Shown here: positions 1 through 11,355 of the stretch, one piece after another
Layout of the letters: the number at the start of each line of letters is the position of its first letter
How positions within the stretch are numbered: the stretch's first letter is position 1
Assembly (NCBI RefSeq): GCF_024521635.1
Contig: NW_026250406.1
Span: 930,001 to 994,000 of the forward strand
Reading direction: 5' to 3'
Source of the DNA: Tricharina praecox
Lineage: Eukaryota
DNA length: 64,000 bases
Translations under genes and position numbers: made by a program
Notes under the pieces: generated by a model
Told to the model about the DNA's origin: nothing
Databases searched by the model: none
The model's input: only the letters and a program-made list of their open reading frames with translations

Positions 1-1176
1 AACAAATGCTGAGAGTTTCTGCTTTCTACTTGTGAATGCCGAGAAGAGCCTGCCAGGTCTCGATGGTAGCTGGTTAGAGGACACTTGAAGGTGAATGCCC
101 TGAGTGAAGCTCATTTCAGAGGTTGGCGGCCATTTATCTTCCGTGACTGGTGAGTGTGACCAATCTTCAATGGCCAGATTCCTGATGTAGGTTTCTGCAT
201 GTGACATCTCCGGCATACCAGCGTATTTGATAAACCCGAGTAATTTCTGCGGGATGTCCACAATCAGCAGGGATCCCTCAAAGCCGACAGAGTGACAGTA
301 ACTTACCATCCAAGAATCAACCGCATTCAAGGAAGTCCAACAGGTTTTCTTAGCACCTGAGCTACTCCTGAAGGTCACCCTCACCATATCCGACGGGCTG
401 ATCGTACGGAGCGGCTCTGGGTTTTCTGGCACTGTCTCCTCACTGATGCCTTTCGAAGTCGACGTTGTCAGGAGGTCCTCGCTCTGGGTGCTACCAGATA
501 AGTTCGTTGTACGGATCGAGCCTCTCCTCGCCCAGGACATGACGAATCCTCCGGCGCGTCTATAGCCTCTCGAGCGCAGCCTACTGGAGCTGCCGCGGGC
601 GGGGGAATCATCGATTTCAATCCGCTCCTTCTCTTTGCCTTTCGTTTTCGCCCGTTTGTCGTCCCTGAGCGCGCATGCCGCGATTATTGTGGAGAGCAAG
701 CCATGGGGGTTGTGTTTTTCGGCAGCAGCAGCGGCTGACGATTGCGGTGGTGACAATCCGATCAGGCTTGGTGGGCCGCCGGTTACCATTTTGCCAGCAT
801 CTTCTGTGAGTTCGCGGACGCAAAGGTGGAACTCTGAGGCCGTGTGTCGAGGTTTCGGACTGGGAGGAGGAGGAGTAGTAGCCGCGGACGAAGGAGGCGG
901 CTCTTCGATGGTTGGGATCTCAGTGGCTGTGGTAGACGGGTCTGATCTCTGCTGCTCAACAATTTGGATCGAACTCATTTGAGTCGAACTCCTGCGGGTT
1001 TGGGGATCGGTTTGCTCCCGGTTGTAAATGGTGACTGTTCCGACGATGTCTCTCAGCGAGTCTTCAATGCTGTATGAAGAGGAAGAACCGATCGACCTGA
1101 TGGATGTTGCAGCATGAACGCTCGCTGAGAATAGACACTCCGAAGAGGCAGACGGTGGGATAAGGCATGTCGACAT
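1..1176 (-). CDS. Hypothetical Ser/Thr/Pro-rich protein, 3' end truncated by the window edge; exon 1176-307, intron 306-247, exon 246-<1
   Basis: Minus-strand frame open from ATG at 1176 (MSTCLIPPSASSECLFS..., second Met at 978) to position 1 with no stop, which is why it is absent from the ORF track. It contains a 60-nt intron with GTAAGT donor, GCTGAT branch site and CAG acceptor. No recognisable domain, and the start codon is uncertain. Confidence 0.6.
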   Translation of the reverse strand, partial: MSTCLIPPSASSECLFSASVHAATSIRSIGSSSSYSIEDSLRDIVGTVTIYNREQTDPQTRRSSTQMSSIQIVEQQRSDPSTTATEIPTIEEPPPSSAATTPPPPSPKPRHTASEFHLCVRELTEDAGKMVTGGPPSLIGLSPPQSSAAAAAEKHNPHGLLSTIIAACALRDDKRAKTKGKEKERIEIDDSPARGSSSRLRSRGYRRAGGFVMSWARRGSIRTTNLSGSTQSEDLLTTSTSKGISEETVPENPEPLRTISPSDMVRVTFRSSSGAKKTCWTSLNAVDSWMVSYCHSVGFEGSLLIVDIPQKLLGFIKYAGMPEMSHAETYIRNLAIEDWSHSPVTEDKWPPTSEMSFTQGIHLQVSSNQLPSRPGRLFSAFTSRKQKLSAFV

Positions 1177-4100
1177 TCTCGACACGGGACAGTAAACGCC
1201 AAAAAGAACACCGGTTGTGAGGATGTGGGTGAGTGGTGAGGAGGAGCTGCGAAGAGTTAGAGGGGCAATGGATGATCACTCGGTAACAGTGGGTCTACTG
1301 ACTAGTGCCTTCTCAACTTGGCCATTTGCAGGAACCTCACTATTCCAGCCATGATCTACCTGTTGTAATATCTCACTCGTTGCTTGGTCGCTTACGCGGT
1401 GATGACGGCACGAAGCACTGGCCGCCTACCACCCCTTTTTTCTGTCTTCTCTCGAGGCTTTCAGACTCTCTCAACACAATACTGTAAACAAGAAACAAAA
1501 CGAACCTCACTACCACCTATCGATATTTTCTTCCATCTTCGCCTCACTCCGCAAACATACGGGAGCTCTCGGGCAACCGTCCTACTGTCTACACACTCCA
1601 CAATTTCATATCCCGTTTGTTTAGCACGAAGAAGCAACATCTCAAGTGCAGAAGACTTTGCCGTTGACGGTTGAACATGACCCAGAACATTCGACCAAGT
1701 TCCAAGTTCCAACAATGTCAAGCGCCCACTTTGAACTCTTTGCACTCTTTTCCGCTCCGGTACCTAATAACTATGGCCATTGGCCAATCGTATATGTACT
1801 AAGATGGTATGTATGTACACCATCCGAAGCAAGCAAAGAAGAGCTCCCCCCAACGATTCAAGTCCCCGGTCCCAGTCTCAGTCTCAGTCTCAGTCCCAGT
1901 CCCCAGTCTCAGGCAGCAGCAAGTTGCAACAGTCATGCGGGTCCTCTCAGTCTGGAACTCTGGAGGGAAGTGTTTCGTCACGTCTGCTGTCTGCAGCCAG
2001 TTAGTCAGTTAGACGAGCTCGGAGCGAGCAGCATCGTCGATCGCGAAAACAAACGACCACCCAGCTACATACATTAACATACAACAGGAATTCTCGGTTC
2101 CGGCCATGCCCCCTTCCCCCTCCCCCCCTCTCGTCACGGTTGGTTGGGCTTATTCTCAGGCAACAGTTGCCGAGCTCGACTTCTTTTTCTTCTCGAGAGA
2201 GAGGGATAGTGTGTGGGGTTTTGCATCATTGCATGCAGAAGCAACTAAGACGGACGGGTGTAAGGCGGGTGACTGTTCACACGAACCAGGCGTCCGCCCG
2301 CTTCTGTGGACGAGCTGTGGGTCTAGACCGCTCGGAGGTCCGCTTGTTGGTGTATCCCCTATCCCCACAGAGGAGAAGAGAGTTTCACGGTGTCGAAGGA
2401 AGGACAAAAAAACAACGTGGTGGTGTAAAAGTTCAACATTTACCAGGGTGGGTATCAGGTACACTGCAGCGTTGTAAACGCAAACATTACGCACGCTGGA
2501 GCCTGGGGTGGGGGGAAGCTGTGGTCCGGGCTGGCATCCCCAGCTCGCAGCCCGCAGCCAAAAGGATGTGAAATGCCCTCCGTCCAACCAGGATCACGGC
2601 CATGGCGGATGGATGGATGGATGGATGGATGGATGGACGGAGCAGGACGGAGCAGGACCCGCCGTGCGTGCGTGCACAGTGCACACTGTACATATCATAC
2701 GTATCATACGTATCATACGTTGTGGTTCGCCAGCAAAGCAAAGTAAAGCAAAAGCCGCGGCAAACATCGATGACTGACTGGGCTTTGTTCCATGTGTTCG
2801 GATAGCAACATCTGCGTAACAGGCCAGCTCCCTAGCTTCAGGTACGGTGTACCTAGGCAGTCGTCTACCGTATTCTCTGAGCTGGTTGAATCCGCCAAGA
2901 ATGGGCGGAAGGTCGAGTGATCCTCCCCTTCCCTCGAGCCCTTGGCCACCTCCTGAATCTTCCTCCTCTTCCCGTACACTGTACACAAAAGGGCTGCAAC
3001 GGTCCGCGCTGCAGTGGCAGAACTCAAAAGTCCTGGATCTTCCGGTGCTCCTGGGAGGACATGCTTGGGAGGGGTGTGGAGGGTGGTACACCAGAGGGCA
3101 AATTGCGTGCAGGATTATGCAGGTAACCGATTCCTACGCGTACGTTATCAGATTATGAACGAGGCCAACATGTTAGGTATGTATGTAGGAGGGGAGGAGA
3201 ACTTAGAAGACGATAACAGTTCAGCTCCCAGAACACTCAGCTGGACCTTTGCGACGTCGCACTCGCACTCTCAAAGCAGCCGCCGCCGCAATTGGCGGTG
3301 GTGGTGGTGGTGACCTTCCAGAGGTATGTAACAGATATACATATGAGCGGCGGCGGTAGTGTCGGACGTTATATTTATGCCTGGTACAACATGATCAGGC
3401 GGCATCATTTCGCGTATCTGCATCGATAGTGGTGCTATATTACATACCGTATGTACACGTTTTCCTCGACGGAGTACCGTACGGCGTACATACCGGTAGT
3501 ATGTATGCCCCAAAAATATATTGTGCACATCCATCCGCTAGGGCAATATCCGTAAGTCCGTTCAGATAGTCAACTCCTACGATCATCGGTGTTGCCCGTT
3601 CGAGGTTCGTACTTCGTTTCTTTGCTGTGGGATCCGCCAAACGGATGGGTTGATCATTGATGTTCGTAGCGGCATCTATGGTACCGTAAGTACCTACTCC
3701 GTCTCTGGCCGTGGCAAAATCATGTTGACCTCTCCTCTCCTCTCCTGAACACCTGCACCCACCCCCTCCCTCGACGGAGGGGGCTTGCAATTGCTCAGTA
3801 CTCACGGATGGCACGGATGTTAAAGCCCCAACGTCGATGCGGATACCTGCCTACTTACTTACCCACAGCTAGTGAACCGCCAAGTACTGAGGGGAACACA
3901 CGGCAACGTGACCGGGTGGTGTCGAGGCAGACCTTGGTGATGGGCTCGGTCACAGTTCGGTTTCCCCCTTTCAGTGGCAGACCTCAGGAGCTGAGCTGTT
4001 TCAATTCAACAAAGGGGGACACCCGACGACGACATCTGCCGTGCTCAGACGGCCGGCCAGCTACGGTACATACATACGCTCTTGCTCTAGAGTGCTGTAG

Positions 4101-5986
4101 GTACTGTACTGTACTCTCCATGTCGGCAAAAAGTATTAGCTCGGTATACATACCATCCCACGGATGAAAACAGCAAAGTGCAAGTTTTAAGTGGGGTTTC
4201 CTTCTTTTTTGTTTTTTTTGCTTTGCTTTTTGCTTTTTGGAACTTGGAGGACTCCACCACCAACTCAAGCACTCGTACATGCATGGGAAGGGACATTTCA
4301 CGTGCCAACATGCAGTTTCCGTACCGGACTGTTGGGTTAATTATGTACCGTATGTATGAGTTGGGTAGAAATATATCGGGAGGGGGGGGGAAGTTGTTGA
4401 ATGATCCGTTTGCGAGCACATGAGGAGTGTGAGTGTGCATGGTGCACGGTCGTAGATGGTTCGCAAGTGATTGGACCGCATCCGGTGCCCATGGCCAAAA
4501 CTGCAAGCCATAGATACTACATAATAGTATGTACTGTACTGCGGGCAATGTTCTGTACAGAGTAGGTAGGTAGAGCAGAGTTACCAGGCGAGTACCCGTA
4601 ACTGCGTGCTGTGTCCTGCCCGGTTTTCTCGTAGCCAGAGTAGGTATGTAGAGAAGGCAGCTTTGCATGCGTGCCGACATTCAGCAATCACTCGGCAGCC
4701 CCGGACACACGGCCCCCGCCATCCCCCTCCCCCCACGCGCAGCCACTCCGGCGAGTCGACTTGGGGACGGGGTTGGATCTGCTCCAGAGTATCCTAGTTG
4801 GAGTAGTTAGCGAGAGGGAAAAAGCCCGCAAAAAAAAGCCACCGGACATAGCGTCGTATTCGGGCGTTTCTGATCCCCAACCGATCGAACCGGATACAAC
4901 CATGAATTAGGTAGGTCTGAGTGCGATCTATGTAGATATGCAAGGGGAGGAAATTTATCCTGCCAGGAAATTCCCATGCTCCCCTCCCCCCCGCTCGGCA
5001 CGGCAAGTGGTTGGCGGCTTACAATTGTTGTCGGGTGAGTGTGATTGTGAGTGTGAGTCTGTGAGTGAGTCTGAGTGGGAGTGTGTGTGTGAGTGTGTGT
5101 GTGATGGTGGGTGTGTGTGTGAGAGAGAGACAGAGAGACAGAGAGACAGAGTAAGGCTTGCCATGGCTGGGTGGGCATCCCATCGCGATCGCAGTTCCCC
5201 GGGCTCGAGTCGAGCTCCCCAGGCCGCACTCTGGGGCGGGCACCTCATGCAAGGGACGAGCCCGTATGAGTGTGTGGGCCCGGAGCCACCGTGGAAAGGC
5301 GCACAGCCAGTTTGTTACCGGCAGGCGTAACAGCCCGGGCCGTCCGCGACCGAGTCCACGGTCAGTCCCAAATCTCAGACGGCGCCTGCAAGGGTTGATT
5401 CGATGGTTTCAAAGGGGGGGGGACTTCCCGTGACGTCGGAGGATTTCTGCGGCAGGAGTGAGAGCGCCGTCATGTACCAGTACGCTACAGACTCGTCTAA
5501 AGTGTCGATCGGTTCCGACGCCGGCCAGCGATCGGGATCGTGATTGGCCCGGATCGTCTCGAAGCCACAGAGCCGCATCGCATCTCCCACAACGCGCACG
5601 CTAAGCCCCGATCACTCTACTGGAAACTCGCCGTTACACAAAATACGTCAATAGACGTCAACCTTATCTAACGCAGCAAAAACCTAGCATGCCCGATTGA
5701 TTTCCCCCACCCCCCCCCTCCCCCCCGCCATGCCGCCTTGAAATGGCGTAGCAGAATCCACAGCTAAAGTCAGTAAAGTAGGGAGGGACATAACCAACTC
5801 ACCCATCCAGCGCGCAGCACATCGAGTTCACAACCAGAAACCAGGTTTTCTCCGACGGGGGCAGAGCGAGTCACAGTCTCCTCCACTCTCGTCGGGACAT
5901 GCATAGCCGTGACTTGGTTCCTCCGCCTCGAAACGAAACGAAGCGGAGCACCCCCTTTCCCCCCCTCCCCCCTTCCCCATTCCCTT

Positions 5987-6360
5987 TCCTTCCCCTTCCC
6001 TTCCCTTCCCTTCCCTTCCCTTCCCTTCCCTTTCCCCACGCATGCAACCAACCCCAACCCCAACCCCAACCCAACCCCAACCCCAACCCTGGCCCATCAC
6101 ATCTTCTTGATTTTGTTTTTCGGGTTGGGTTGGGTTGGGTTGGGTTGGGTTGGATTGGATTGGGGTTGGGGTTGGTTGCTGACGACGACGCCATGCATCC
6201 CCACCCATCCCCACCCACCCGCGTTGTGCAAGGATCATGACGATGACGATGCTGATTATGATGATGATGAATGATTATGATTACGATTATGATGATGATG
6301 ATGAATATGATGATTCTGCTGCTGCTGCCGCTGCTGTGGATAATGATGATGCTGATGATA
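5987..6360. repeat. Compound microsatellite: (TTCCC)n, (CCAACC)n, inverted (GGGTT)n, then (GAT)n
   Basis: Directly visible tandem units; the C-rich and G-rich blocks are complementary to each other. Confidence 0.9.
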
Positions 6361-9300
6361 AACCGACGCGACGACCTGTGTCTGCGTTTATGTCTGCGTC
6401 TGCGTGTTGCTGCCGTATTGCTGCCGTCCTCCTACATACATTAGATTACCTGCAGAGCCTTTGACGGGGGAAACACTTGCTCTGTTTGCTTGCTTCGCCC
6501 TCTTCCGACTGCGGCGCCGGAACAGCGGAGTGCTCACTGGGCTGGCCAGAATAGCACTCTGTGCATCCAGACAGCCGGGCATTCCGAGGAATGCTGGTAA
6601 CTAATGTTCCTCCGCTGCGCACTGCAACTGCAAGAGTGCGACCGCGAAGACCGGCTTCAGCCCACTGCCTACCTACGAGTCCATTTGAGTCACGAATGCC
6701 TACATACCCACTGCACCGCATCCCCCGTCTGCAGGACGAAGAGAGAATGGAAGGCCGGCTCCGGAAATAAGTACTGTGCATACATAAAGTCCTTATGCAC
6801 GTACATACTGCCTACTACCTACATACACGGCATCTTCCTTCATCCGTATCTACATGCATCACAACATGCAGCCGGCAACTCCGCCGAGTGCCTGCCAAAG
6901 TATCTATTTACGATTGCCATAGCACGATAGCAGACGTAAGGGTGCAGATTCCAGAAACCCCATCCCAAACCCACGCATCCCTATGGATGCAACAATGCAA
7001 CACCACCACCACCACCACCACCACCACCACCACCCCCTGGGAGAGAGCCGTCAAAGGCCTTCCAAGGAAGGGGTAGAGTACCTATGATAAGTACCCGGCA
7101 TCTACCAGTAGAGTACTCTATGTACTCCACATCGATAGACTTCCCGCAAAAAGCGTGACGTAGATACCTACGGCCGGTACCTGGAATTCGCGTAGTGTCG
7201 GAAAGCGGCTGCCGTCACGTCAACCCAAACCGAAACCCAAACCCTAACGCGGCGCCGTGCAACCCCCCACTGGATGGCTGTTCGCACCGACGGAGAGGGA
7301 GGGAAGGACGGGCGCTGTCCGACGACTCGAAACCCCGGGGGGCGCTACGCAAACGCAACATGTCTCTCCGGTGAATATGTAGGTCAGGTAGATACTACTT
7401 TACAGTGCTGCGATGGCCATGTATAGATATTTAGTACATACTAGATGGATATGTAACTCCACACCGGCTCCATGGCATCCCATCCCATCCCATCCCATCG
7501 CACCCCATTCCGTCCGATGCGGAGCTCAAGCCAAGCGATACCTAGGTGCAAGCCATCGCGATCCGCACCGGAATAATCGCCTCGGAACTCCCGGAACTCC
7601 CGGAACTCCCGAGTCCCAGCGTTCCGGCTCTGGCGCTAATTCGACCGGCTCGCTGGACAGTGGAGCCTGGAGCCTAGCCCGGTGGTCCCAGTGGCGCGTC
7701 AAGCGAGTTGCGATCCGCCAGTTATACCCAGACATGGCCGTCCAGGGTCCCTTATCTACCTACATGCCTACTGCTGCAGACGCGTCAGTGACACCGTGCG
7801 ACGGTATGTATGTAGAGTGGTGGTGGTGGTGGTGGTGGTGCTGACTGGCGTTCTCGGCGACGTTGATGTGTCTTGTCTTGTCTTGACTTGACCGGCTGGC
7901 TGGATCGGTGGATGGATGGATGGATCATGGATGGCTGGATGGGGGCCGGAGCAGGAGCAGGAGAAGGGTCCGGGTCCCGTATCTGCTCTGTCCCGGCGTC
8001 CCGCGCTGCTGGATCTGGATCTGGATCTGTTTCAGGCTTTCAGGCTTTCAGGCCCGAGGGAAAGTTCCAGTGGCGTGCTTGGGTATGTACGGTGGAGATG
8101 TCGATGTCTGAGGTCAGTCTGAGGTAAGGGGCTATGTATCATATGTACCTATACTATCTACCGTCGAGAGTCGTGGTGGAGGTACGCCCATCTCACCGGA
8201 AACCTTCTTCACCCAAAGCTCCCATTTTACATACTCTGGCGGCCATCCTCCATGAGACGCATCACTGTGGGCGGTCCACCGCCTCCACCTCCACCTCCAG
8301 GCCTGTACAACCTTCGGTCGGTCCGGTATGGACCAGTACCAGGTGCTCGGCACGTATTTCCTAGGTGGTAGACATTTGCTTGCCCGCACCGCCTAGTAAC
8401 CTACGAGTTGCACCGCGAAAAAACAGGGCTCTTCGAACGTCCCCTGGGCCATCGGTGCTCACACCGGTATATACCAAGTGTAGTGTACGTACCTCGTCCA
8501 GAGCCCATAGCTACATAGCATCACCGCAAGCCATCCAGGAAGCCCCAATCACAGGGGGGAAGGGGAGGATCGTGATGTCGGTTCCCCTGTCTTGTCTTGT
8601 CTTGTCTTGTCCCACCGAGTGATATCCAATGAACATGTGTATGTACCCGTATGTGTGGACCTTGGTGCCAGCCTCCAGGTCCGCGGCGCCGCCCCATCCT
8701 ACAATGTGAAGGGATAAATCGGGGCAGGCGGGCCTGGGACGTGAGCCCTCACATACGGTACTTCCTAGTACTTTCCTGGCCACGGGCCACGGGGTGGGTC
8801 CCCGACTCCTGACTCTTGCAAACAGTCGAGGTCATACCTCCCCGCCCCATACACACACGCAGCTGGCTGGCTGGCTGGCTCACAACAACAACCACCACAC
8901 TCACTCACACTTCACACTTCATCTCCTCCCGAGTCCCGGTCCCTCGCTCGGAGCTGAGGAGCCGACGATCAATTCCCCAGTTCGGGATGGTGATGAGGAT
9001 GGTGGGAAGGGGTAAGTTAGTGAGTGGGTGGGCGGGTGGGCGAGGGAGGGACGAGGGGAGGGACGGGGTGAGAACCCTTGCAAAATCAAGATTCACCAAG
9101 CAGTCTGACTTCTGATACCCGAGAGGAAAAAACAAAACTCGTGAGGAAGAAAGAAAGAAAGAACGAAAGAAAGCAAAAAAAAAACCCCAGGAAAAAAAAG
9201 CAGTTTAAGGAAAGCAACTGAACCGAGTATGATGCCTAGAGTGGTAAGCGTAGTCTTTGCGATCACCGTCTATGTAAGAGCTCTACAGGAAAGATGGGCG

Positions 9301-11316
9301 GACACTGGTGACTGGCCAGACAGACAGACAGACAGATGGGTGAATACCTCTTACCTAGGGAGCTGTGGAGAAACCCAAACGATATGGTGGTTGGATGGCT
9401 TCTTCCGCTGGCTCTCTACTGATCGACGACACCACAGACACGGACCCACACACACACAGCGATCATGCAGCATCCAACTCGTTCGTTCGTTCGTTCGTTC
9501 TTTAGTTCGTGAGGGTCGTCGTCGAACGCACAACACCACGGGATACCTTTACGTATCTTTGGCCCCCGCCGCCGCCGTCAAGTGCTATGAGGGAGACGCG
9601 TTGGGAGTGAGTGAGTGGGAACTTGACTTGACTTGTCATGTGTCGGTGTCCGTATCGGTGTCGGATGTAAAAATCTGACGCTAGTTAACCTGAGTACCGT
9701 TCTCCCTTCTCCCTCAGGCTTTCACCTCCAGCGGCTCCAGCTTTTACCTTTCCCTGACGCAATCCACTGAAGCTTGCGAAGTGCATCGTTGGTTGAGTGA
9801 GTCTACACATTGCTACGTGCAGTATCTAGTACACTTGTACCGGTAACTATGCCCATGGGAAAAGTGCCCCAACACTGCACAACACTGGTGACTGCACAGC
9901 ACTTCACAACACAGCATAGCATGGCACGGCACAAGACGGCACAAGACATTCCTCCTCCTCCTCGTCGGAGGTTTTATCGCGACAGCCGCTGCGTAATCGG
10001 CATCCCCAATTAGCAAGGTAGGTGGTTGTCGGAGAAAGAACTTCCCGATGCTTGACAACTGCTATTCATGGGTACATACTACAATGTACATAGCTAGAGT
10101 ACCTACGGACCTACGGTATCTGCTCGACGAACTGCTATTCATGGGTACAAAATACCAGGTACCTAGGTCCAAGAGCATCTACTGAGTACCGTACTCATCC
10201 CCGGGTGTATATTCTTCAAACGGGATCTACATACGGCTATCCATCGCGGGGCATGGGCATGGGCAATGGACATGGGCATGGATGGCCTTCACTATGTACT
10301 CTACCAGCCGCAAGAGGACAATCGCGTGAAGATCAGAGGCCCTCAGGAATCGAATTTGACAACTTGGATCATGCGAATCCGATGTTTTAGTCCCTCCCCC
10401 TACCACCCCTTGTATGTATGTATGTAGAGTGGATAGATACCAGATGCGCATCCATATCCATGGCCAGCTTTTCACTACTCACCCACCAATTTCCAGTTTG
10501 CGATCTCCTCCCCTCCCTCCCTCCCTCCATCCCTCCATCCCCTTTCATGGCCGGTAGGTACATAGGAAGGGAGGTAGGTAGTGTAGGTCCCAAGCAGCCG
10601 GGGCGCCCGAAAGCGACGAGGACGACGACGACGCTGGCGGCGGCGGCATGTGTCCACTGACCAGTGTCAATCAGTGATCACCGCACGCACGCGGGATCGC
10701 ATTTTGCTTCGCATATCTATCGAAATTTCGATTATGTGTCTGAGCAGGTACTCCAGGTATGTGTGTGTGTGTAGGTATTTTTCTCCAGCGCGCCCGCCTG
10801 CCCGGATGGAAGCTGCGAGCTGCGAAGCACACACTCGACTTGAAAGTTGATGGGGCGCGAGCTGTGGAAGTACGTGCCGGGCCAATCATCGTCGCGTACG
10901 GTCGAGCGCTGCTGCTGCTGCTGGGGACGGATAGACGGGGGGGGCTAGATAGTAGAGTAGTGAGAGAGTAGAAGAGTAGAAGAGTAGAGTGGTGAATCGA
11001 CCGGCAGCCACTGCCTGCGGAAATTGTGTCTCAAGATCGATATGGAGAGATCGTATAGGGTAGCCCCCCCCCCCCCCCCCCCCAAAGGGGGAGGGAGGAC
11101 GGGGGAGGGGGAAACCCCCGCCTACAGGTTACATGGGATGCGGCTACAAAAAATTGATTCCTGCATTCTCCCCCTAGGGAGGTAGTGAGTTACCGGGAAG
11201 AGCTGTTGTGTTGGTGCTGCTGTTGCTCGAAGTTAACTTTCTGTCCTCTGCCTGTCTGTCCGGTTGCTGTATCCGCGGTTGCAGGGCGGGACGAACCCCC
11301 GCAGGGCAGACACGGT

Positions 11317-11355
<39 letters not shown>

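Noticed and set aside
3440..3814. Protein-like minus-strand stretch (DAATNINDQPIRLADPTAKKRSTNLERATPMIVGVDYLNGL)
   Set aside because: No motif that I recognise and no convincing splice or promoter context; it would need a BLASTx hit to support it.
10057..10149. Repeat-spacer-repeat pattern as a CRISPR array
   Set aside because: Only two copies, a eukaryotic context and no cas genes.
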